15,293 nucleotides of DNA, taken from Candidatus Scalinduaceae bacterium. GTDB lineage: Bacteria; Planctomycetota; Brocadiia; Brocadiales; Scalinduaceae. This document shows positions 1 through 7,758 of this stretch, piece after piece. Position numbers and translations under genes: made by a program. The stretch spans positions 1 to 15,293 of the forward strand of contig JBHICG010000075.1 in the NCBI GenBank assembly GCA_046759445.1, read 5' to 3'. Under the pieces are notes generated by a model. It was not told the origin of the DNA. It saw only the letters and a program-made list of their open reading frames with translations, and made no database searches. Position 1 is the first letter of the stretch, and each line of letters opens with the position of its first letter.

Positions 1-328
1 CTTTGTCCAACATTTTGTTACGGGATTACTATTGTCAAAGAACTATTTCTATTTACTCTACGACAATTACTACCGCGTAAGCGGTTTCGTTCAACAGGTT
101 ATTATATAGTTTCCGGATAACATCACTATTGTAATGATATCCAGAGAAACCAGATTACTACTTTATGGAGAATCAGCGGGAAAGTTCATGCACTTATATT
201 TTTGTAAGCATAAACGTTTATTTAAGATAACTTATCCACATCATAGAATGTGGTATAGGTCATATATTGGCAAGAATTGAATGAGTTGGGATAATAATAA
301 AGTTATACGTTATTTAAGTCAAGGAAAA

Positions 329-348
329 TGAGATGGTTTGAGATGGTT
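329..348. repeat. Perfect 10-bp tandem direct repeat (TGAGATGGTT x2)
   Basis: Seen: TGAGATGGTT at 329-338 and 339-348, with a weaker 7/10 copy TGAGTTGGGA at 282-291. Function (for example integrase arm-type site) is inference. Confidence 0.6.
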
Positions 349-525
349 ATGAAATCTCCCCTTATTGCTTCCCTAAAGTGTGAACAAAATGAGAATTCTT
401 TTTCTGAAATAGGCCAAAATATGCTTACATTAACCACCTTACGTTTATCTTGTATTCAGCTATAACCTGAGTAAAACAAAACGCTTGAAACTAAACCGAA
501 AAACTGATAAACTCCCTTTCGTGGT

Positions 526-570
526 TTCACACGTAAGAGGTCGTCCGTTCAAGTCGGACGGCGCCCACCA
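526..570 (+). pseudogene. 3' fragment of tRNA-Val(CAC), from the anticodon loop to CCA; probable att site of an integrated element
   Basis: Seen: anticodon loop TT-CAC-AC (526-532), 3' anticodon strand GTAAG, variable loop AGGTC, perfect T arm GTCCG-TTCAAGT-CGGAC (543-559), acceptor 3' strand GGCGCCC (560-566), discriminator A567, CCA 568-570. No complementary 5' acceptor strand or D arm upstream. Confidence 0.85.
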
Positions 571-628
571 CCAATTATTATATGTTGCGGAAAGCCCAAA
601 TATGCAAAGATGTCATGATTCCCGAACG

Positions 629-655
629 TGTCAAGCTGAACTTGTTTCAGAATCT
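629..655 (+). repeat. REP-like palindromic unit, left copy (TGTCAAGCTGAACTTGTTTCAGAATCT)
   Basis: Seen: 22/27 identical to the reverse complement of the unit at 703-729; internal hairpin CTGAA-N5-TTCAG. Confidence 0.7.
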
Positions 656-687
656 TTTCGGGGTAAGTTTATTTCAGAATCTATATA

Positions 688-700
688 TATCAATATGTTA
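688..700 (+). promoter_or_regulatory. IHF-consensus site (WATCAANNNNTTR) between inverted REP-like units
   Basis: Seen: TATCAA-TATG-TTA matches the E. coli IHF core consensus exactly and is preceded by an AT tract. Binding in this organism is inference. Confidence 0.4.
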
Positions 701-702
701 AA

Positions 703-729
703 AGATCCTGAAATAAATTCAGGATGACA
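703..729 (-). repeat. REP-like palindromic unit, right inverted copy (AGATCCTGAAATAAATTCAGGATGACA)
   Basis: Seen: 8-bp perfect stem ATCCTGAA (705-712) / TTCAGGAT (718-725) with a 5-nt loop, ending in TGACA; inverted relative to 629-655. Confidence 0.75.
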
Positions 730-821
730 AAACCCGTTTCCGCAACAGATACTGATTATTATATGTTTGTTAACTTAAATTTATATCTAATTGAGATCTT
801 GTTTTTTTACAAATCATGTCA

Positions 822-895
822 GGGCCCATAGCTCAGTCGGTCAGAGCAGCGGACTCATAATCCGCGTGTCCTAGGTTCGAGTCCTAGTGGGCCCA
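822..895 (+). tRNA. tRNA with CAT anticodon, most likely tRNA-Ile2 (lysidine-modified); elongator Met not fully excluded
   Basis: Seen: full cloverleaf with acceptor GGGCCCA/TGGGCCC, D stem GCTC/GAGC, anticodon stem GCGGA/TCCGC with CAT at 856-858, T arm CTAGG-TTCGAGT-CCTAG, discriminator A895; CCA not encoded. The G1:C72 pair and absence of three G:C anticodon-stem pairs rule out initiator tRNA. The GGGCCCATAGCTCAG start is Ile-like. Confidence 0.93.
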
Positions 896-1016
896 GTTGT
901 AACTGTCGGCAGTATAGACAGGCAGGCATGTAAGCCTGAACTATACCAAATGGTCTTTTTAACTATAGATATTCACTCCATTAGAAATTTTTAAAAACTT
1001 TACAAGGAGGATTGTT

Positions 1017-1232
1017 ATGGCTGGTAGTATTTATAAGATTATTGAATTGGTAGGAACAAGCGATGTTTCCTGGGAGGAAGCCGCTAAAGATGCTGTTGAG
1101 GCTGCCGGAAAAAGACTTAAGAACTTGAGAATTGCAGAGGTTAATAAACTGGACATGAAGGTTGAGGATGGAAAAGTTGTCGCTTACCGCGCCAGGGTAA
1201 ATGTATCCTTTAAATATGAATCTAGCGTTTGA
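1017..1232 (+). CDS. Dodecin family flavin-binding protein
   Basis: 71 aa; YKIIELVGTS..SWEEAA..AV..A...L.NLR and YRARVNVSFKY motifs typical of dodecins; strong RBS AAGGAGG at 1004-1010. Confidence 0.92.
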   Translation: MAGSIYKIIELVGTSDVSWEEAAKDAVEAAGKRLKNLRIAEVNKLDMKVEDGKVVAYRARVNVSFKYESSV

Positions 1233-1365
1233 ATGATCTATGGATGGGCGGTGCTTGAGGTTATTACTTCTGCTTATTGGTTTATCCACTTATAAGTTCA
1301 TAAATTATTGGAGCAAATCTAAACAGCTACATAAAGATTTGTACTGAGAAACTCATAGTTAATGT

Positions 1366-1380
1366 TTGGTAATTTACCAA
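1366..1380. promoter_or_regulatory. Perfect 15-bp palindrome TTGGTAA-T-TTACCAA; candidate operator (GntR/FadR-like TGGT...ACCA)
   Basis: Seen directly in the 478-bp intergenic region. Regulator assignment is inference. Confidence 0.4.
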
Positions 1381-1710
1381 CCATTTCCCTGGTTAACATT
1401 AAGGTATATTGGCTGATTTGATAAATTGAATCACAGGCGCCTCGACACTTTTCCTCTGTAATACAGCTTTAGTATTAATTGAAAGTCACTGAGGTCTAAC
1501 ATTTCACATGAAGCGTTTGCACCTGAACGTATCTTTTGTATCCAATGCTTCCAAAGTATAGTGTTCATTCTTCAGAAGTAACGTTATTGTGTCTAAGCGT
1601 TTATTACGTCGTACTCCATACCTGTAGGAAACTCAAATGACTATTTCCACAATGTATAGGATATTTTAAGAGGAAATTATTATGAAAGAACGGAATGGTC
1701 TGATGATGTT

Positions 1711-2490
1711 ATGAATAAAATACATTATGAGAAAAAACACATTATCTCGGACTATGCTCATACGGTGCTACAAACTGCAGAAGTAATATTTCTTGTAAAG
1801 TATAGGGAGCATATTTGGAATAAACATATACTTGATATTGGATGTGGCGCAGGAAGGACAACAGCGCACTTGAAAAATATGAGCAAAGACTATGTTGGCC
1901 TTGATTATTCGTTAGACATGATAGAGTTTTGCAAAAAACGATTTGATGCAGTTCGCTTTATTCATGGTGATGTGAGGGATATGAGTATGCTTAAAGACGA
2001 GATGTTTGATTTTGTATTATTTTCATACAATGGTCTTGATACTGTTTGTCACGAAGATAGACTAAGAGGGCTGCAGGAAATACATAGAGTGCTTGGGCAA
2101 AATGGTTTATTTGTGTTTTCTTCACATAATAGAAATCATCATAATGCTACTCTTCCTCCGAAGATGTCATTTTCTTTAACGCCATGTGTACAAATCGGGA
2201 ATCTTATTAAATTTATTAAGTCTACATACAATCGCTTAAAAAATAAGAAACATGAAAGATTAGAAAAAGAATATTCAATCATCAATGACAGGGCTCATAA
2301 TTATGCACTTCTAACCTATTATATAGACAAGACGAGTCAAATTTCTCAACTCAGGGAGGTAGGGTTTGAGGTTGTAGAAATGTATGATACATGCGGGAAT
2401 GTATTGGACATCGATAGTGATGATCATGACAGTCCCTGGATATATTATGTGACCAGAAAGATAAATCGTAGGAATATACAAATAAATTGA
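1711..2490 (+). CDS. Class I SAM-dependent methyltransferase
   Basis: 259 aa; motif I ILDIGCGAGR, YVGLDYS, HGDVRDM, FDFVLFS, EIHRVL..NGLFVFS. The true start may be at 1682 (see findings). Confidence 0.9.
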   Translation: MNKIHYEKKHIISDYAHTVLQTAEVIFLVKYREHIWNKHILDIGCGAGRTTAHLKNMSKDYVGLDYSLDMIEFCKKRFDAVRFIHGDVRDMSMLKDEMFDFVLFSYNGLDTVCHEDRLRGLQEIHRVLGQNGLFVFSSHNRNHHNATLPPKMSFSLTPCVQIGNLIKFIKSTYNRLKNKKHERLEKEYSIINDRAHNYALLTYYIDKTSQISQLREVGFEVVEMYDTCGNVLDIDSDDHDSPWIYYVTRKINRRNIQIN

Positions 2491-2629
2491 AAAAATACTA
2501 ATAAATATACCATCATAATAATGTATTAAATTGCACAAAAGTTTATAATATCTGAAAAGATATTCAAGCTAACCCAAAATCTGTTTTACATTAAAAGGCA
2601 ATTCTCATTTTCTTGTTTTTAATCTCGAT

Positions 2630-3592
2630 ATGCCCCTGATCAAACTATCAACGTATAAACCACCACCTTTCTTCAAAAACTCTCATGTTCAGACTATTTA
2701 TCCAACGCTGTTCAGGAAAGTGAAATGTGTTGACTATTTACGGGAGCGCATACATACCTCCGACGATGACTTTATTGATCTGGATTGGTCTAAAGTCGGC
2801 TCTGATAAGGCAGTTATTATTTCTCATGGCCTGGAATCTTGTTCCCAGGCATCTTACATGCGTGGTATGATCAAGGCTTTTAACAGGAGAGGGTGGGATG
2901 GTGTTGCATTTAATTTTAGAGGATGCAGTGGAGAACCCAATAAACTGTTCAAATCCTATCATAGCGGGGCAACTGAAGATCTACATACAGTTATTTGTCA
3001 TTTACTTGATCAAAACCACTACAAAAAACTATCCCTTGTTGGTTTTAGTTTGGGGGGAAATTTAACTCTCAAATATGTAGGAGAGCAAGGTCATGATATT
3101 ACTCCATTAGTTCATAGTGCAGCGGCTATTTCTGTACCTTGTGACCTTGAGTCCTGTGCATATCGATTAGCAGAAAGTTCTAATAGAATTTATATGAGAA
3201 GGTTTATTAGATTCCTCAAAAAGAAAATAAAAATTAAAAGCCAAACATTATCTGCTAACCTTCATTACAAGGATTTTAAGGCAATGCGGACTTTTAAAGA
3301 ATTTGACGAACTTTACACTGCTCCGGCTCACGGGTTTGCAAGCGCCGAAGATTACTGGTCACAGTGTAGTAGTAAGCAGTTCATTTCTGGCATAACCATA
3401 CCAACTCTTTTGATCAACGCACTTGATGACCCTTTTCTTACAAAAGAGTGTTATCCTTTCGAAGAAGCAGAAAAAAGTGAATATTTTTTCTTGGAAACTC
3501 CGAGGTCAGGAGGGCATGTAGGTTTTATTGCCTTTGACCATTGTTCCGAGTACTGGCACGAGACACGTGTAGTTTCTTTTGCTACAAATTGA
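2630..3592 (+). CDS. YheT-family alpha/beta-fold hydrolase (esterase/lipase-like)
   Basis: 320 aa; HVQTI, DFIDLDW, HGLE, FNFRGCSG, nucleophile elbow GFSLGG, acid DDPFL, catalytic His GGHVGF. Confidence 0.92.
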   Translation: MPLIKLSTYKPPPFFKNSHVQTIYPTLFRKVKCVDYLRERIHTSDDDFIDLDWSKVGSDKAVIISHGLESCSQASYMRGMIKAFNRRGWDGVAFNFRGCSGEPNKLFKSYHSGATEDLHTVICHLLDQNHYKKLSLVGFSLGGNLTLKYVGEQGHDITPLVHSAAAISVPCDLESCAYRLAESSNRIYMRRFIRFLKKKIKIKSQTLSANLHYKDFKAMRTFKEFDELYTAPAHGFASAEDYWSQCSSKQFISGITIPTLLINALDDPFLTKECYPFEEAEKSEYFFLETPRSGGHVGFIAFDHCSEYWHETRVVSFATN

Positions 3593-3881
3593 TACCAAAC
3601 TATTTTGTGATGTATCATGTTTTTTCCAAATTAATAAGAATTGTTGAAGATATCGAATTTCAATGGATTTTTTCTTCTAATAAGAGTATAAACATATTAT
3701 TTAAATTATTGGGATGCCAATAATTATTTGAAAAAACCTTATGGTAACAATGATAAGTCAGTCGTTATAATATAAGAATAGATCCAGTCACTTAATTTAC
3801 ACAAGTTGTCTAAGGCAGTTTAAGTATTTATGATTGTCATAATTGACCTATGGAATTTATCCAGTTAGTTACGGAATAAAG

Positions 3882-4883
3882 ATGCCTGAGTTAAGAAAAG
3901 AACCTGTTTCCGGACGCTGGGTTATTATCTCTACTGAGAGGGCAGCAAGACCAACAGATTTTAAATCTACCCCTCAGCCTATTAAAAGTGATTTCTGTCC
4001 TTTTTGTGAAGGTAATGAAGCAAAAACACCGCCAGAAATCATAGCGTATAGAGAAAAGGCAACGAAGGCAAACACAACTGGTTGGAGAGTCAGGGTCGTG
4101 CCGAACAAATTTCCAGCATTACAGATAGAAGGGGAACAAAACAAGCGTGGAGAAGGTATATATGATATGATGAATGGTATTGGAGCACATGAGATCATAA
4201 TTGAAAGCCCAAGGCATGTCCTATCAATAACGGCGCTTGAAAATGGAAATGTAGAAGAGGTTTTATGGAGTTATAGGGATCGTTTGGTTGACTTAAAAAA
4301 GGACAAAAGGTTTGTTTATGGATTAATATTCAAAAACGTTGGGGTCTCGGCAGGCGCATCACTCGAACACTCGCATTCACAATTGATTGTAACACCGATT
4401 GTTCCCCAACAAGTTACGAATGAGATGGTGGGGGCGGAAACATTTTACAAATACAGGGGTAGATGCATATATTGTGATATGATACAACAAGAAATTACCA
4501 CAGATAGTAGAATAGTCATTTTATCAGACGATTTCGTTGCCTTTACGCCCTTTGCCTCTAGGTTTCCTTTTGAGACATGGATTCTTCCTAAAGCGCATGA
4601 TTCTCATTTTGAAAACTTGCAAAAGCTTGAAATAGAAGAGCTGGCAAGTATCTTAAAGAATACGCTTATCAGGTTAGAATCTGCTTTAGAATTTCCATCA
4701 TATAATTATATTATACATACTACTCCCTTTCATATAAATGAGTCAGAGTATTACCATTGGCATATAGAGATAATACCAAGACTCACAAACATCGCAGGAT
4801 TTGAATGGGGCACCGGGTTTTATATTAATCAGATGTCGCCAGAAAAAGCTGCTGAATATTTGAGAAATGCAGGATGCGAGTAA
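3882..4883 (+). CDS. galT: GalT-family (HIT superfamily) hexose-1-phosphate nucleotidyltransferase
   Basis: [19 protein letters not shown] start, which supports ATG 3882 over TTG 3843; Zn-binding [13 protein letters not shown]; catalytic HSHSQ (4368-4382); C-terminal [19 protein letters not shown]. Substrate may differ from E. coli GalT. Confidence 0.88.
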   Translation: MPELRKEPVSGRWVIISTERAARPTDFKSTPQPIKSDFCPFCEGNEAKTPPEIIAYREKATKANTTGWRVRVVPNKFPALQIEGEQNKRGEGIYDMMNGIGAHEIIIESPRHVLSITALENGNVEEVLWSYRDRLVDLKKDKRFVYGLIFKNVGVSAGASLEHSHSQLIVTPIVPQQVTNEMVGAETFYKYRGRCIYCDMIQQEITTDSRIVILSDDFVAFTPFASRFPFETWILPKAHDSHFENLQKLEIEELASILKNTLIRLESALEFPSYNYIIHTTPFHINESEYYHWHIEIIPRLTNIAGFEWGTGFYINQMSPEKAAEYLRNAGCE

Positions 4884-6815
4884 ATGATGAACAATGAATT
4901 ATTAATATTTGGCTCTGAGGAAGCAACAACCAAACTTAGAAACATCTTAAATGAATCTAAAGGAATGGTACTTGATGAAGGTTTGGCAAGAAAGATAGAA
5001 GATATATGTCAAGAAATAGAAGTTGGGATAAAGAAGAGAAACACTGAAATTTCAAAGTTGTTAAACAATGATGAAATAAGAAATATATCAAATGAGGTTC
5101 AAGAACAGATACATAGGGAAAGGAGAAGGAATGACAATATATTAGATGTTATCGGAGCAGGTCTATCCTTGCTTAGTAAGGATTTGAAAATTATCTGGGC
5201 AAACAAGACCTTATACGATTGGTTGGATTTAAAAGAATCACCTATTGGTAGTACCTGTGAAGGTATTTACCATTGTAGTAAAACCGTGCGAGAAAGATGT
5301 CCGGCTACGCAGGTCTTTAAAGGAGGGGCAGGACATATAATTGAGACATGGATTACAACGAAAGACGAGAAAAGGAAATGCGTTCAACATGTTGCCATTC
5401 CTATAACAGACGAAAAGGGGGACATAAATAATGTTTTGATACTTACTGTAGATGTTACTGAAAGTGAAAAGTCGGTGCACAGACTTTTACTATTGCAGAA
5501 GCTTGGCGAAGTAATGCAAGGAACGCTTTATCTTGACAAATTACTTCATCTGATTTTAACTTGCGTAACTTCTGGTTATGCATTTGGCTTTAACAGAGCG
5601 ATACTTTTCCTGGTTAATAAAGAACACAACGTATTAAATGGAAAACTGGCCGTCGGGCCGTCCACTCCAGAAGAGGCTAGCCAAATTTGGCAAGAGATAT
5701 CAAGTAAATATAGTTCCCTTAAAGAAATAATAAACGAATTAGACTATAGCCATAATATTGATACACCTTTTAATACTATGACAAAGCTTATGGTGTATCC
5801 ATTATCAGATGAGAAAGAAGTTGTTGCATCTTGTGCAAGAGAAAAAAAACCGATAATTATTAGAGATGCCGTCAATGATTCACGCGTAACTGAGGAATTT
5901 AGAAAGGCTATGGGAGTCAACGAATTTGTCTGCGTTCCCTTAATAGTAAAAGAAGAACCTAAAGGAGTTATAGTTGCAGATAACATATATACGAGAGAGC
6001 CTATAACAGAGGATAGAGTGAATTTCCTGAGAATGTTTGCCAATCAAGCTGCGCTGGCTATTGAAAATGCTGAAACTTACAGAAGTCTTGAAGACAAGAT
6101 AAATCAACTTACCGAAACACAACAGAGACTAATCCGTTCAGAAAAATTGGCAGCTATAGGTTCGATGTCATCTTATATTGCGCATGAGATTAGAAATCCA
6201 CTGGTTACTATCGGTGGGTTTGCCAATTCTCTCTCTCGAATCGACTTTGCAGACTCAAGAATCAAGACTAATATTGACATAATCCTTGACGAAGTAAGAC
6301 GCTTAGAAAAGATACTCAATAATCTCTCAGATTTAAGTAAGCCGCCAATACCAGAAAGGGTAAACGTCCAGATATGCGAAATCATAGATACCACATGCAC
6401 ACTAATGGAGAATTACCTTAAAGAAAAGCACATAAACTTATATAAGGAGTTTGAACCTGATATACCCCAAATATTGGCTGACCCTAATCAAATAAAACAG
6501 GTCATTCTTAATGTATTAATGAATGCGGTAGAATCGATGCCTGATGGAGGCGATATTACGGTTAAGATTAAAACGGCTGACAAATCAATAAAAATAGACA
6601 TAATAGACACTGGTAAAGGTATATCTGAGGAAGAGTTAAAGAATATTTTCGAGCCATTTTTTACTACTAAATCGAGTGGTACAGGAGTTGGCATGGCAAT
6701 TACCCACAAGATTACTGAAGATCATGGTGGAAACATAAGCGTCACAAGCGAAAGTGGGAAAGGAACAACTATATCAATATCATTGCCAATAAATAGTCCT
6801 TTTCAACACAACTGA
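4884..6815 (+). CDS. Cytoplasmic sensor histidine kinase (PAS-GAF-HisKA-HATPase, NtrB-like)
   Basis: 643 aa with no obvious TM segment; PAS-like ~aa 80-195; GAF ending MFANQAALAIENA; H box AHEIRNPL (His codon 6183-6185), N box NVLMNAVESM, G1 DTGKGI, F box IFEPFFTTK, G2 GTGVGM. Starts immediately after the galT stop (TAAATG). Confidence 0.95.
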   Translation: MMNNELLIFGSEEATTKLRNILNESKGMVLDEGLARKIEDICQEIEVGIKKRNTEISKLLNNDEIRNISNEVQEQIHRERRRNDNILDVIGAGLSLLSKDLKIIWANKTLYDWLDLKESPIGSTCEGIYHCSKTVRERCPATQVFKGGAGHIIETWITTKDEKRKCVQHVAIPITDEKGDINNVLILTVDVTESEKSVHRLLLLQKLGEVMQGTLYLDKLLHLILTCVTSGYAFGFNRAILFLVNKEHNVLNGKLAVGPSTPEEASQIWQEISSKYSSLKEIINELDYSHNIDTPFNTMTKLMVYPLSDEKEVVASCAREKKPIIIRDAVNDSRVTEEFRKAMGVNEFVCVPLIVKEEPKGVIVADNIYTREPITEDRVNFLRMFANQAALAIENAETYRSLEDKINQLTETQQRLIRSEKLAAIGSMSSYIAHEIRNPLVTIGGFANSLSRIDFADSRIKTNIDIILDEVRRLEKILNNLSDLSKPPIPERVNVQICEIIDTTCTLMENYLKEKHINLYKEFEPDIPQILADPNQIKQVILNVLMNAVESMPDGGDITVKIKTADKSIKIDIIDTGKGISEEELKNIFEPFFTTKSSGTGVGMAITHKITEDHGGNISVTSESGKGTTISISLPINSPFQHN

Positions 6816-6840
6816 TTGATTCCAAATCTGTCATGATGTT

Positions 6841-6865
6841 CCAACGAGTAGTCAAGTTGGTTTTT
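6841..6865 (+). terminator. Weak candidate intrinsic terminator
   Basis: Seen: CCAAC (6841-6845) / GTTGG (6856-6860) stem followed by TTTTT, 25 nt after the kinase stop codon. The stem is short. Confidence 0.3.
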
Positions 6866-7070
6866 ATGCTTGTTTTACTGGGGGAAATAATCTAGTATAT
6901 CATCCTAAATTGTTAGATTTAGGCTTTAATAACCTTATGTTATTTGAATATTCCAAAGTGCTAGTTAAGCTTTTGAGATCGTAAAGCTAACAAATTTATT
7001 AGTCTAAAGAAATTCAAAACCTTGCAAATAAATTAAGTTATTTGAAGAATTAGCAGAAGGAGCCATTAAT

Positions 7071-7439
7071 ATGACTACTATTCTTCTTGTAGAGGACGAT
7101 AAAAATCAACGCTTACTTTATGAACAAGAGTTAAGACGTGAGGATTATGAAATCGTAACAGCCATTGATGGTAAAGATGCATTAGAAAAAGTTAAAGGGC
7201 AACCACCAGACATAATCATAATGGACGTAAACATGCCAAAGATGAACGGCATGGAGACAATGGGTATGATTTTAAGTAAACGCAAAGGTATTCCCATTAT
7301 AATTAACACCGCATATAGCAGTTACAAGGATAATTTTATGTCATGGGCTGCAGATGCTTATATTGTAAAGTCCTCAGATCTAACTGAATTGAAAAAAAAG
7401 ATAAAAGAAATACTCACAATAAAAGCAAAAGCCCCCTAA
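7071..7439 (+). CDS. Single-domain (CheY-like) response regulator
   Basis: 122 aa; ILLVEDD acidic pocket, phosphoacceptor IIMDVNMP, INTA (Thr switch), YIVKS (Lys); no output domain; RBS AAGGAG at 7057-7062. Confidence 0.95.
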   Translation: MTTILLVEDDKNQRLLYEQELRREDYEIVTAIDGKDALEKVKGQPPDIIIMDVNMPKMNGMETMGMILSKRKGIPIIINTAYSSYKDNFMSWAADAYIVKSSDLTELKKKIKEILTIKAKAP

Positions 7440-7725
7440 GTACACGTTTTGATAAACTTCAAAAAGTTATCTAATTATTGAGCTGGTATACCTGCCCCCT
7501 TTTACTCAAACTATGAATTAGAGATTTATAGGGCAGATTTCCAGGGCAAAACTTTACCAAAAACCCACCATTGATTTTTGTTGCGTTGTGATGTGATTTA
7601 ATTGCTGTATTTGAGAGTGTATTGTATTGTTCTGTCTTTGTATCATAAAGGCATACAGCTAGCACAGAATAGGCAACACAATTTCTAAGTCTATCCATGA
7701 CAATTTCTGGAAAAACGCACAATTT

Positions 7726-7754
7726 TTGGCAACAATCAGTTAATAAGGTATAAT
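7726..7754 (+). promoter_or_regulatory. Candidate sigma70 promoter for glgC (TTGGCA-17-TATAAT)
   Basis: Seen: TTGGCA at 7726-7731, 17-nt spacer, TATAAT at 7749-7754, ending only 4 nt before the ATG. Confidence 0.4.
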
Positions 7755-7758
7755 AAAT

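Larger units (their letters stand above)
579..751. mobile_element. MITE-like non-autonomous element with terminal inverted repeats and internal REP-like palindromes
   Basis: Seen: perfect 11-bp inverted repeat TGTTGCGGAAA (583-593) / TTTCCGCAACA (737-747), extending to 14/15 over 579-593 vs 737-751 with TA at both outer ends. No credible coding content. Confidence 0.65.

Noticed and set aside
72..85. Hairpin ACCGC-GTAA-GCGGT with a GNRA loop
   Set aside because: Only a 5-bp stem with a broken U tract; not enough to call a terminator or small RNA.
232..240. Perfect DnaA box TTATCCACA suggesting oriC
   Set aside because: Only one perfect box, plus a one-mismatch copy at 1282-1290; no cluster and no dnaA/dnaN context.
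485..727. 80-aa ORF on plus
   Set aside because: Runs through the tRNA-Val fragment and the MITE/REP repeats; TTG start, no RBS, no recognisable motif.
611..729. Palindromic ~27-bp repeats as a CRISPR array
   Set aside because: Copies are inverted or nested and degenerate, there are no regular spacers, and no cas genes are present.
903..938. Two small hairpins after the tRNA (CTGTC/GACAG and CAGGC/GCCTG)
   Set aside because: 5-bp stems with no adjacent U tract; cannot be supported as a terminator.
981..1289. 102-aa minus-strand ORF
   Set aside because: Antisense shadow of the well-supported dodecin gene.
1403..1660. Possible decayed gene in the long intergenic region
   Set aside because: The minus-strand frames I translated by hand gave only short peptides with no recognisable motif, and the ORF track lists nothing here; a BLASTX would be needed to exclude it.
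3843..3881. TTG-started N-terminal extension of galT
   Set aside because: The family N-terminus MPELRK begins at ATG 3882; the extension has no support.
2311..6709. Short ORFs 2311-2538, 2738-2962, 3541-3723, 3974-4198, 5238-5480, 5744-6043, 5940-6122, 6173-6400 and 6488-6709
   Set aside because: All overlap strongly supported genes, antisense or out of frame, and show no motifs.
6904..6988. Inverted repeats CCTAAAT/ATTTAGG (6904-6923) and AGCTTT/AAAGCT (6968-6988) upstream of the response regulator
   Set aside because: Short AT-rich arms are expected by chance; no matching motif elsewhere in the window.
7471..7722. 83-aa minus-strand ORF between the response regulator and glgC
   Set aside because: No clear RBS or motif, and it opposes both flanking genes; the region is better explained as regulatory.
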